Shown in pieces: positions 54,932 through 63,086 of a stretch of DNA of 64,000 nt. A model generated the notes under the pieces. It made no database searches, was not told the origin of the DNA, and saw only the letters and a program-made list of their open reading frames with translations. Made by a program: the position numbers and the translations under genes. How positions within the stretch are numbered: position 1 is the stretch's first letter; every line of letters begins with the position of its first letter. The stretch is taken from the IMG/VR virus record IMGVR_UViG_3300028840_001835; one strand, given 5' to 3'. The DNA comes from a virus. Its lineage: Duplodnaviria; Caudoviricetes.

Positions 54932-55104
54932 ATAGACAAAAGATAGACTACACAGAAAGGTTTTTTCTCTGGCTGATAGGCTGGTGTAAAATACTGGACG
55001 GTATCATCATGGTGCTGTCCCTCACCCAACATCAAACTAATCTAACACAGAAGGCAGGTTCAACATTCACACAATGGAGACGTAAATCAGGGAGGTGCAG
55101 ATGA
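54928..55104 (+). CDS. Small hypothetical protein (58 aa, not in ORF track)
   Basis: ATGA overlaps at both ends; MNRQKIDYTERFFLWLIGWCKILDGIIMVLSL... Confidence 0.5.
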   Translation: MNRQKIDYTERFFLWLIGWCKILDGIIMVLSLTQHQTNLTQKAGSTFTQWRRKSGRCR

Positions 55105-55961
55105 AACAGGTTATAATGACAAAAGGTTTACCGGCGTCCGGGAAGTCCACATGGGCAAAGGACCTGATAACAAAACACCCCGGTGTATATAAGAGGGTGA
55201 ACAAGGACGATCTTCGTGCCATGCTGGACGTGAGTAAATGGTCTGGCTCCAATGAGAAGTTTGTACTAAAGATCAGGGATGAGATAATTCTGAAATCTCT
55301 GGATGAGGGCAAGCATGTCATAGTGGACGACACCAACCTTCATGAGAAACATGAGACACACATACATGATCTCATTAAGGGCAAGGCGGAGCTGCGGATT
55401 AAGGATTTCACCGATGTGGATCTGGACACCTGTCTCAAGAGGGACGCCAAACGTGAAGCCAGTGTTGGTAAGAAGGTCATTATGAGAATGTACAATCAGT
55501 ATCTTAGACCCGAGCCTGTAAAATACAAATTTACTCCTGGACGTTCAATATGTATTATCTGTGACATTGACGGAACGCTTGCAAAGATGGTTTCCAGAGG
55601 ACCATTCGAGTGGGACAAGGTTGATCAGGACGAAGTGAATGAACCCGTGAGGCATATCATAGAGAGATATACCATGTTTGACTCTGCATATAAGATCATC
55701 ATGCTCTCTGGTCGGGATGGTTCCTCAAGAGAACTGACCGAGAAGTGGCTGGAAGAGAATGGGATATTATACCATCATCTCTATATGAGAACTGCTGGCG
55801 ATTGTAGGAAGGACTCCATAGTCAAACGAGAGCTGTATGACAAATACATCGCCAAAACTTATAATGTACTTTTTGTTCTGGACGACAGGAATCAGGTTGT
55901 TGATATGTGGAGAAATGAGTTAGGTCTCACCTGTCTCCAGGTTGCTGAGGGTGATTTTTAA
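55101..55961 (+). CDS. pseT: Polynucleotide 5'-kinase/3'-phosphatase (PseT-like)
   Basis: GLPASGKST, RVNKDDLR, VDDTN; HAD domain CDIDGT, LSGR, MR..GD.RKD, VLDDR. Confidence 0.95.
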   Translation: MKQVIMTKGLPASGKSTWAKDLITKHPGVYKRVNKDDLRAMLDVSKWSGSNEKFVLKIRDEIILKSLDEGKHVIVDDTNLHEKHETHIHDLIKGKAELRIKDFTDVDLDTCLKRDAKREASVGKKVIMRMYNQYLRPEPVKYKFTPGRSICIICDIDGTLAKMVSRGPFEWDKVDQDEVNEPVRHIIERYTMFDSAYKIIMLSGRDGSSRELTEKWLEENGILYHHLYMRTAGDCRKDSIVKRELYDKYIAKTYNVLFVLDDRNQVVDMWRNELGLTCLQVAEGDF

Positions 55962-55976
55962 GGCGCAAGAAAACCC

Positions 55977-56005
55977 TTGACATTCAATTTGAATTATGAT
56001 ATAAT
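55977..56005 (+). promoter_or_regulatory. Perfect sigma70 consensus promoter driving the sigma-factor gene
   Basis: TTGACA-N17-TATAAT with the same AAACCC...ATGA context as the 53262 site. Confidence 0.9.
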
Positions 56006-56031
56006 GAACTAAAACCAAGAAAGGAAAATCC

Positions 56032-56829
56032 ATGAACATACAAGGACTATATATAAAGGACATCAGAAACACCGCACCAATCTCCAGAAAGGAAGAGGAT
56101 GCACTTCTGAAACTCGCCCAGGAAGGAAATCAAAAGGCGAGAGAGAAACTGGTTAAGGCAAACATGAGATTCGTTCTCAAGATAGCCCTCCAGTACAGGT
56201 TCTGCTCTGTACCTCTTCCCGATCTCATAACGGAAGGTGCCATGGGACTTGATCATGCCGCTAAACGATTTGATCGTGAGAGAGGTCTAAAGTTTATCAC
56301 CTATGCGGTGTACTGGATCAGAGCATTCATCACAAGGGCTCTTAATGAACAGAGCTCCCTTATTCGAATTCCTGCCAATCAGCATCTTAGGATTCGACAG
56401 TCGCTAAAAGAATTCACGACCACTGCCGATCTTCCTGACGATGTTCAGGAGTTCATGCAGCTTAGTAGTTCCGGGACATCCATCCATCAGACCGTGGGAA
56501 CAGGTCGTACCACATTTGGCGATACCATTCCCGATGCGTCCGCGGCAAATCCAGAACATGGGTTGAACCCATATATGGCCGATGAACTGGCTATGGATGT
56601 TCTAAAGATTCTTCCAGAGAAGGAGCTTTACATAATGAAGTCTCTCGCTGGAATAGGTATCGAGGAACCCAAAACACTTAGGGAGATCGGTAAAGAAATG
56701 GATCTCTCCCATGAACGAGTTCGCCAGCTTCAGAAGCAAGCAATCCGCAGAATTCTGAAGTCAGACGATGGTGAACTTTTCATAGAAAGGTTCAAACAGA
56801 TACTGGCGTCTAGGGAGGAGAACGTATGA
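56032..56829 (+). CDS. Sigma-70 family RNA polymerase sigma factor (RpoS/RpoH-like, no region 1.1)
   Basis: Region 1.2 YIKDI..ISRKEE, region 2 LVKANMRFV..IA...DLITEG.MGL..A.KRFD..RG.KFITYAVYWIR, region 4 TLREIG..MDLSHERVRQLQKQA. Confidence 0.93.
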   Translation: MNIQGLYIKDIRNTAPISRKEEDALLKLAQEGNQKAREKLVKANMRFVLKIALQYRFCSVPLPDLITEGAMGLDHAAKRFDRERGLKFITYAVYWIRAFITRALNEQSSLIRIPANQHLRIRQSLKEFTTTADLPDDVQEFMQLSSSGTSIHQTVGTGRTTFGDTIPDASAANPEHGLNPYMADELAMDVLKILPEKELYIMKSLAGIGIEEPKTLREIGKEMDLSHERVRQLQKQAIRRILKSDDGELFIERFKQILASREENV

Positions 56830-57086
56830 TCATTAGAACCGTATATATTGCATATCATTATTCAGAAGATGATTTTCATGGGTTTGGTTGGGTCACTGCG
56901 ATTACCGACGAGCCAGACTTTTTAACCGAGGATGGTGTTAAACGATTATCTAAATTAATAATGTCTGCAAACTATTCAAAGGAACATATCACAGACCCAA
57001 GTAATATCGTTGTGATAAACTGGAAGTCTCGAATTATGTTCTGGAGGTCTATTTGGGAGACATTGAAAGGAGTGTTGCCAACATGA
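56826..57086 (+). CDS. Hypothetical protein
   Basis: GGAGGAG RBS; 86 aa. Confidence 0.6.
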   Translation: MIIRTVYIAYHYSEDDFHGFGWVTAITDEPDFLTEDGVKRLSKLIMSANYSKEHITDPSNIVVINWKSRIMFWRSIWETLKGVLPT

Positions 57087-57583
57087 TCGCTTACATGATC
57101 AGACTTAAAAAAGACTCCAGGTTTAACAAGACCAAATCTACCCTTTATTCCAAGGGTGGTATCAACTGTGTACACATATCCAGATGCCTGGCGGAGCCAT
57201 TAGACAAAGCCAACACCGCTCTTAACATGAGGAAGTTTGGAACAAGGGGTAAAATGTTTGTGTCCGCCAAGGACATATATAACCATCTCAGATATTATAG
57301 AGAAGATGGCAAACAGCTGTACCTTCAGGAGACCGAGGTCGTTACCTTTAAGCTGAAAGACATCCACACGACCGATCCCAGGCTAGTAGCACATGACTTC
57401 TTCAGGCTTTGGCCAAAGATCGTGAAGTGGGGTAAGGAGAAGGCACTTTTCAATATGCGTTCAAAGAACAGCAATATCCGATATCTCACCAACGAATTCA
57501 CCAAGAGGATTATCAAGAATGGAGAAAGCGAGGAAAGCAGGCTTAATTTGGACAATTCTAAGACTGCGAGAAACCGCCCTTAG
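57083..57583 (+). CDS. Hypothetical basic protein
   Basis: ATG 57083 after AGGAG. Confidence 0.6.
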   Translation: MIAYMIRLKKDSRFNKTKSTLYSKGGINCVHISRCLAEPLDKANTALNMRKFGTRGKMFVSAKDIYNHLRYYREDGKQLYLQETEVVTFKLKDIHTTDPRLVAHDFFRLWPKIVKWGKEKALFNMRSKNSNIRYLTNEFTKRIIKNGESEESRLNLDNSKTARNRP

Positions 57584-57675
57584 AGGCTCGAAAATTTGAC
57601 CCACATCTTGACACTTTTTCGATCTCAAACCGCTTGAAAACAGCCAACGCCCCGGATAGAAATCGACACAACAGA

Positions 57676-57709
57676 AAAGCCCTGGGAGATACATTCCCAG
57701 GGCTTCTTT
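57676..57709. terminator. Bidirectional terminator
   Basis: AAAAGCCCTGGGA-gatacat-TCCCAGGGCTTCTTT. Confidence 0.8.
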
Positions 57710-57730
57710 GCGTCTATTTTGGACTTGAAT

Positions 57731-58432
57731 TTAAACCAATCTCAATATATCCTCATAAAGAATGGTATACTTTTCTACGGTTCTATTCTGATGAAAATGT
57801 CCACAGAACCCTTTCTCAAAATCCACTGTCCCATATATATGCTGTAGATAATCGCAGGTCGGATCATGTAACGGATGTCCGGCATGAAACTGAAAATCCG
57901 CAACTACATTAACCAGACTCTGTGGTAACGTGTGGGTCAATATGTAATCGACTTTGTTTTTATGAGACTCTAGGATATTAAGTCCCGCCTCCATCTCAAT
58001 TGAATTCGGAAGCTCCTGTCTCCACCAGTCCAGTCCTTCGGTGCGCCACAGTTTGTCTATACTTAACGCCCCTCCGAAAGTGAAGATGGACTTTCCATCA
58101 AAGTCATAAATCTCCGCACGTCTTAAATGAAAGATACTATCGGATACTTTACCGACGCTCCCACCAAACATTGAAATCTTTTTCAATCGTCCCAATCTAT
58201 AATGATTGTCGTGATTTCCGTCAATGAACAAAGTGGTCCATGGTTTTTCATCGAGCCAGGATGTCCAGTTCCGCTCCACGTGATTTGGACTGTTTCTCCA
58301 GAGCAGACCAAAATCCCCAAGAACGATAACGTAATCCTTCTTGGTCAAGGTGTTGCCTAAAACAAAATTGTCTGACCCTAGTTTCTCTATATCTAGCGGG
58401 ATATGAGTATCACCTGTAAGAAAGATTTTCAT
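57731..58432 (-). CDS. Calcineurin-like metallophosphoesterase
   Basis: GDTH, GDFG, GNHD, ILTHT, GHFH. Confidence 0.92.
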   Translation of the reverse strand: MKIFLTGDTHIPLDIEKLGSDNFVLGNTLTKKDYVIVLGDFGLLWRNSPNHVERNWTSWLDEKPWTTLFIDGNHDNHYRLGRLKKISMFGGSVGKVSDSIFHLRRAEIYDFDGKSIFTFGGALSIDKLWRTEGLDWWRQELPNSIEMEAGLNILESHKNKVDYILTHTLPQSLVNVVADFQFHAGHPLHDPTCDYLQHIYGTVDFEKGFCGHFHQNRTVEKYTILYEDILRLV

Positions 58433-58446
58433 ATTGAATGTCCCGT

Positions 58447-58809
58447 TTAAGCGCCGGAACCCCGGCCGGGAGCCCGGCGGTCTCCTTTCTTTCGCCTTCG
58501 TTTGATATATGCAATAAATTCCTGAATCTGATTAGCATGTTTCATACTCCAGGTCGCACTTGACGAATATGTATTTGGCTGTCCTTTGATTGCGTACCAT
58601 ATATTGAAAAAATAAAACTTGATCTTTCTCCAGCGATTTCCATTCACCCATTTTCCTGGCAACGGTTTGAACTCAAGATAAAATTCATCCATGTCTGGAT
58701 CTTCATTATCCTCCCAAAACACCAACCTTGACACGTGGTCAAAGTCCGGACAGTAACAGTCTATATATGTCTCATACCCGTTGTCTGTCTTTATGAATTT
58801 ATACGCCAT
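58447..58809 (-). CDS. Hypothetical protein
   Basis: 120-aa ORF with GGAG RBS. Confidence 0.6.
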   Translation of the reverse strand: MAYKFIKTDNGYETYIDCYCPDFDHVSRLVFWEDNEDPDMDEFYLEFKPLPGKWVNGNRWRKIKFYFFNIWYAIKGQPNTYSSSATWSMKHANQIQEFIAYIKRRRKKGDRRAPGRGSGA

Positions 58810-59758
58810 TGATCTCCCTCTCTATCCATTTATATGTTAATCGCATCCCTCTCTCAAGATCGGTGCTTGGTACCCAACCAAGCTCCTTATGTATCAATCT
58901 ATTATCCGAATTTCGTCCCTGAACACCAACGGGTCCGGGTGTATTCTTTATTGTTAAATCCTTTCCAGAGATTGCTATGACCAGCCTAGCGAGGTCGTTG
59001 ATCGATATACATCTATCAGAGCCAATATTGATCGGCTCAGAAACATTAGACTCCATGAGCCTTCGTATTCCCTCTATACATTCATCTATATAGAGAAAAG
59101 ACCTCGTCTGTTTACCATCACCCCAAATCTCGATCTCTTCCCCATCCTTCGCCTCTGCCACTTTTCGACATATTGCCGCGGGAACCTTTTCCTTTCCTCC
59201 ATCAAATTCACAACGAGGACCATATACATTGTGCAATCTTGCAATCCTTACATCAATTCCATAGACCTTAGAGAACGATTCGTATAGCTTCTCTGAATAT
59301 AACTTCTCCCATCCATATGGGCTATCGGGTTCTGCGGGTATCGCAAGGTGTTCGGACAATCCTCCATGATTCCTCTTTAGTTGCATACGTTTTGGATATA
59401 CACATGCGGAGCTTGGAAAGAATATCTTCTTGACTCCATATTTTATACAGGAGTTTAATACATTGATGTTTATCTTTGCTGACATCCACATCACCCTTGC
59501 ATCGTTCTCACCCGTGAATAGAAAACCAGCGCCTCCCATCTCGGCCGCGAATTGATAAACCTCATCAATTCCCTCCATGGCCTTATCACAATACTTACTA
59601 ACTTTTAGATCATTTAATATCCATTCATCCATTTGGGGGTTTGACTTTGATAAAGACCAGTAGTCAATACCACGAACCCAATGACCTTCATCTTTCAATC
59701 GGTTCGCCATATAACTACCGATGAATCCATTCACACCACAGACCAATATTCGTTTCAT
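58799..59758 (-). CDS. NAD-dependent epimerase, GDP-mannose 3',5'-epimerase-like
   Basis: GVNGFIG, AAEMGGAGF, SSACVYP, PAEPDSPYGWEK, RLHNVYGP, GKEKVPAA.CRK, GVQGRNSDN. Confidence 0.9.
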   Translation of the reverse strand: MKRILVCGVNGFIGSYMANRLKDEGHWVRGIDYWSLSKSNPQMDEWILNDLKVSKYCDKAMEGIDEVYQFAAEMGGAGFLFTGENDARVMWMSAKININVLNSCIKYGVKKIFFPSSACVYPKRMQLKRNHGGLSEHLAIPAEPDSPYGWEKLYSEKLYESFSKVYGIDVRIARLHNVYGPRCEFDGGKEKVPAAICRKVAEAKDGEEIEIWGDGKQTRSFLYIDECIEGIRRLMESNVSEPINIGSDRCISINDLARLVIAISGKDLTIKNTPGPVGVQGRNSDNRLIHKELGWVPSTDLERGMRLTYKWIEREINGV

Positions 59759-60183
59759 TATGTCATCTCCGCCTGTGCCCACTCTACGTAGGCCTTCAAC
59801 CTTTTGTCCGTCACATCGACTATGATATTGCCACGAACAAAAATCTCATAGCTATCACGACCATACTTGCCGATGCCATATAGCTCGTCCACATCTTTCC
59901 ATTGTTTGTAAAGCCAATCAAATGAAAACAATTTCAATCTCTGTGTTCTCTGGCGACCAAAACCAAGTGGACTTATAAAATCAAACATCTCATTCTCATC
60001 CGCATTAATAACATCCTGTGGCGTTGGGTATCGTTTGAAGAAATCTTTAATCATTGGTTTGACCTGTGTCTTACCTTGCGTCTGATTGAGGAATATGCAA
60101 CCAACAAGCAGCTTCCAGGGTTCTTTCCTGTACCACTCCTGAAGCAGGTTTAATGGTGATGTATATACAGGGGTAACCATCAC
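59758..60183 (-). CDS. MBD4-like HhH-GPD DNA glycosylase
   Basis: PWKLLVGCIFLNQT, FF.RYPTP, PLG...RTQRL, LYGIGKYGRDSY.IF, D..L..Y. Confidence 0.85.
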   Translation of the reverse strand: MMVTPVYTSPLNLLQEWYRKEPWKLLVGCIFLNQTQGKTQVKPMIKDFFKRYPTPQDVINADENEMFDFISPLGFGRQRTQRLKLFSFDWLYKQWKDVDELYGIGKYGRDSYEIFVRGNIIVDVTDKRLKAYVEWAQAEMT

Positions 60184-60383
60184 ATATCTTCCCAGCCGAT
60201 GTTATCAAGAAACTCCTCAGCATCACTATATGCGATCTTCAGAATCTTCTCTCCATCACTATGACCTTTTGAACGACGGCCCCGTTCAAAATCTATTGCG
60301 GTGAGTAATTTGTCCAACCTTGAACAAGCCATCTTGGCGATTGTCCTATCACTTTTCTTTCGTGGAAGTTTTGTTTTACTCAT
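60180..60383 (-). CDS. Hypothetical protein
   Basis: 67-aa ORF, AGGA RBS. Confidence 0.55.
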   Translation of the reverse strand: MSKTKLPRKKSDRTIAKMACSRLDKLLTAIDFERGRRSKGHSDGEKILKIAYSDAEEFLDNIGWEDM

Positions 60384-60401
60384 TCAATATCCTTTCAATT
60401 G

Positions 60402-60480
60402 TGGTAGTCAGGGTGGGACTCGAACCCACACATTAATGCTTTTTGAAAGCACCGCCTCTACCAGATTGGGCTACCTGACC
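60402..60480 (-). tRNA. tRNA-Leu(CAA), short variable arm, encoded CCA
   Basis: Acceptor GGTCAGG/CCTGACT, anticodon arm GTGCT-TTCAAAA-AGCAT, T arm GTGGG-TTCGAGT-CCCAC, ACCA end; 79 nt. Confidence 0.85.
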
Positions 60481-60693
60481 TTGCTCTTTACATTCTTTTG
60501 CCTTGTCACACCAGGACATACATATCTTCTCTAAATTAGGATTTACCATCACTCTCTTACACTTGGGGCACTCCCTCTTTATATCATCCTTCCAGAACTC
60601 GATCTGTTCCTTACAGACCTTACACTGTATCTCAGTGATATCTTCTGGCTTCCAGAAGTTGGGATTCATCCCAGGACATCTATGTATCGGCAT
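60433..60693 (-). CDS. Cys-rich zinc-ribbon small protein, reading into tRNA-Leu
   Basis: CPG...CKVC..IEFWKD...CPKC...NP...C..WC..A..C. Confidence 0.7.
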   Translation of the reverse strand: MPIHRCPGMNPNFWKPEDITEIQCKVCKEQIEFWKDDIKRECPKCKRVMVNPNLEKICMSWCDKAKECKEQGQVAQSGRGGAFKKH

Positions 60694-60699
60694 ATTAAT

Positions 60700-60774
60700 T
60701 GGTGGGTCCGCCCGGAGTCGAACCGGATTCCCAAGGGTAAGAGCCTAGTGCATCGCCGTCAATGCTTCGGACCC
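60700..60774 (-). tRNA. tRNA-Lys(CTT), encoded CCA
   Basis: GGGTCCG/CGGACCC, D stem GCAT/ATGC, loop CTCTTAC, T loop TTCGACT, ACCA. Confidence 0.88.
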
Positions 60775-61424
60775 ATATATCTATTGTAAACTTGTCTATA
60801 TTTAGTTCTAATCTTTCTTATCTTTGCTTTGGGAACACCCTTACATATATTATATATATCTGAGGTCTGATCCCCAATTATATAAGCCTGAATCTCATCG
60901 TTAAAAACATCCTCACAATACTCCATTGTTGATAACCACTTTGTGATTGCTACCTTAACCTCCGTTGGAAGTTCAAATCTGGTCATCTTGTCAATTTCGT
61001 TTTTAAAATTCTCATTCAAATAATATAGGGCATGACACTTCTCATGTTTAAGCGCCGCCAAATCGCCAGCAGTCGCTATTAGATAAAAATGATCATCCAA
61101 TTCAAGATTAACACAGGCCTCCACAAGATGCTTTAGTATGACCTCCCTCTCTCTAAGATCGGTAAACCACTTGAAGAATTTTACAAGTGAGTTTCCGGGT
61201 ATGTTAAACCCCTCAACCTCATCAAAGTAATTAAACGAACCATGCTTCCTGGAATATAAATCCATGTATGTATCCAAGGTGAAATGCTTGCCCTTTATTT
61301 CTTCGAATGAGGACTCATAAAACTCCTGTGGTCTTAACATGGTTGAACATAAATCGAACTGTGTTGGAAACTTTAGATGGATTAACCCATCTTTAAAATT
61401 AACATGAACATCAACCTCTTTCAT
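60759..61424 (-). CDS. Hypothetical protein
   Basis: Likely start MKEVDVH at 61424; the track extension lies inside tRNA-Trp. R.QEFYES, YMD.Y, EGFNIP, HEKCHALY (HExxH-like). Confidence 0.7.
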   Translation of the reverse strand: MKEVDVHVNFKDGLIHLKFPTQFDLCSTMLRPQEFYESSFEEIKGKHFTLDTYMDLYSRKHGSFNYFDEVEGFNIPGNSLVKFFKWFTDLREREVILKHLVEACVNLELDDHFYLIATAGDLAALKHEKCHALYYLNENFKNEIDKMTRFELPTEVKVAITKWLSTMEYCEDVFNDEIQAYIIGDQTSDIYNICKGVPKAKIRKIRTKYRQVYNRYMGPKH

Positions 61425-61439
61425 AGAACCTCTCAAATT

Positions 61440-61513
61440 TGGCAGGCCGCCTAGGAATCGAACCCAGAGCTGATGGTTTGGAGCCATCCATGTTACCACT
61501 ACACCAACGACCT
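61440..61513 (-). tRNA. tRNA-Trp(CCA), encoded CCA
   Basis: AGGTCGT/GCGGCCT, anticodon arm GATGG-CTCCAAA-CCATC, T loop TTCGATT, GCCA end. Confidence 0.92.
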
Positions 61514-61521
61514 ATGATTAT

Positions 61522-62139
61522 TTATGATTCTTTCAAAATCCTTTTTGCGTGTTCTCTCACTATATAGTTATCATCCTTAGAATAAAGAAGGGCCTTGTTC
61601 TTTTTCTCTATGGAATCCATTATCCCGTCCATCTCGTTTATCTTCCAAACATAATCCATCTTCTTGACGATCTTCTCCTTCTGTGTCTGTTTGACCAACG
61701 CCTCATGCCTTTTCCGGACAGAGTCTCTCCACCATATTGGTAAAAGGTTCAACATCAGCTTCTTTAGTGTCCATGGTATCTCTGAATAGAACGGGTCAAT
61801 GATCGTACCGTTCTTCATAAAATCTTTTTTGTTAAACCCTATCCGTATCACGATATCCTTTGTTGGTTCACGTTTCTCACTAAGGAGCGCAAGGAATTCT
61901 CGCTCATCCTTGCCAGGGGTTTCACCATCCATTATATTGGTAAACCTTTCTGGATGCTCATACATGAAAAAGATGGTGTGCTTCATGAATGTGTAATACT
62001 CATGTTTCATATCCCGCCACTTTCGGAATCTGTAGTAAGGATTGATCACTTGAGAGAGAAAAACCCAGGCCATTCTTCTACGAAGTCTCCATCCCGTTAG
62101 TTTGGTAAGTATTTTTCTATCGCCCCATTCCTCTCTCAT
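61522..62139 (-). CDS. Hypothetical protein with recurrent C-terminal motif
   Basis: Ends EKKNKALLYSKDDNYIVREHAKRILKES. Confidence 0.65.
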   Translation of the reverse strand: MREEWGDRKILTKLTGWRLRRRMAWVFLSQVINPYYRFRKWRDMKHEYYTFMKHTIFFMYEHPERFTNIMDGETPGKDEREFLALLSEKREPTKDIVIRIGFNKKDFMKNGTIIDPFYSEIPWTLKKLMLNLLPIWWRDSVRKRHEALVKQTQKEKIVKKMDYVWKINEMDGIMDSIEKKNKALLYSKDDNYIVREHAKRILKES

Positions 62140-62435
62140 CTATAAGTCCTCCCGGAGTATATAGAACGCTCCTCCAGATCCTTAACCCTTTTTTCTAACT
62201 TCTCAATCATCTTTTCAATTTTCCCAAATGGGTTGTCTGTCCATTTGACTTCATATACTTGCTTTGGAATAACTAATTGTATATGAAAGCATGTTGGACA
62301 CCGAAGAACTACCTTATCATTTTCTATCACTGGCTCTGGCAATTTATGCAACGAATCCCTTATACAAGTAAGAGGATGTAAATATTTACTTGTTTGCCAT
62401 TTCTTTATCTGTTCAATTTTCTTTGCATTATTCAA
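62136..62435 (-). CDS. Hypothetical protein (HPxTC...CxxC)
   Basis: YLHPLTC...LRCPTC plus coiled-coil tail. Confidence 0.65.
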   Translation of the reverse strand: MNNAKKIEQIKKWQTSKYLHPLTCIRDSLHKLPEPVIENDKVVLRCPTCFHIQLVIPKQVYEVKWTDNPFGKIEKMIEKLEKRVKDLEERSIYSGRTYR

Positions 62436-62980
62436 AATTCAAATCTCCGTGATTCTACATCGTCCGATTTACCAGTTTCCTCTTCGGGTTCATCTCCGAT
62501 TAATATCTTTCTGCTCATCTTTCTAACATATGTATCGGTATCATCCTTGAACACTATCGCCGATTGAGAGTTGTTCTTCATAGATTCGACTTTAATAAGC
62601 TGAGCCTTAAACGTTTCCAGTCTCTGTTTCTCCTCAGTCATATCAGCATACTCCTTGGTAAATTTATAGCATGCCTCATAGAATAAATCCTTCAACGATT
62701 CCGGCACGTTTGATTTGATCGGTTGTAAGAATCCTCCTTCATCTTTTAACAACGCCATGGAATAGGTAATTTTAAGAGCAATATTCTGAACAAATCCTGT
62801 GGCATCCTCGTTGGCGTAAATGGTATAAGTATAATTTTCCGTGTAATTATCATTAAATGACATCTGAAACACATTTGGATGATCCTTAACGATATTAAGG
62901 ATACCCTTCAATACATCATATTCGGGATACTTCTCCCGATCTTTCTCTATCTGTGTTTTGAACTTTAAAAATTTAAACAT
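62432..62980 (-). CDS. Hypothetical protein
   Basis: 182-aa ORF directly downstream of tRNA-Gly. Confidence 0.6.
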   Translation of the reverse strand: MFKFLKFKTQIEKDREKYPEYDVLKGILNIVKDHPNVFQMSFNDNYTENYTYTIYANEDATGFVQNIALKITYSMALLKDEGGFLQPIKSNVPESLKDLFYEACYKFTKEYADMTEEKQRLETFKAQLIKVESMKNNSQSAIVFKDDTDTYVRKMSRKILIGDEPEEETGKSDDVESRRFEF

Positions 62981-62993
62981 AATTTCAATGTAG

Positions 62994-63071
62994 TGGAGCG
63001 GCCTACGGGAGTCGAACCCGTACTTATAGGTTGGAAGCCTACCGTGCTAATCCATTGAACACTAAGGCCGC
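62994..63071 (-). tRNA. tRNA-Gly(TCC), encoded CCA
   Basis: GCGGCCT/AGGCCGC, anticodon arm GTAGG-CTTCCAA-CCTAT, T arm ACGGG-TTCGACT-CCCGT, TCCA end. Confidence 0.92.
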
Positions 63072-63086
63072 TTTATCCTATTTATA

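Noticed and set aside
61425-61499. N-terminal extension of track ORF 60759..61499
   Set aside because: It is the translation of tRNA-Trp; the likely start is ATG 61424.
1787-63000. Many short antisense or nested ORFs in the track (e.g. 4625..5074, 35877..36317, 40169..40627, 50560..51075)
   Set aside because: They lie opposite or within well-supported genes, with no RBS or recognisable motifs; typical shadow ORFs.
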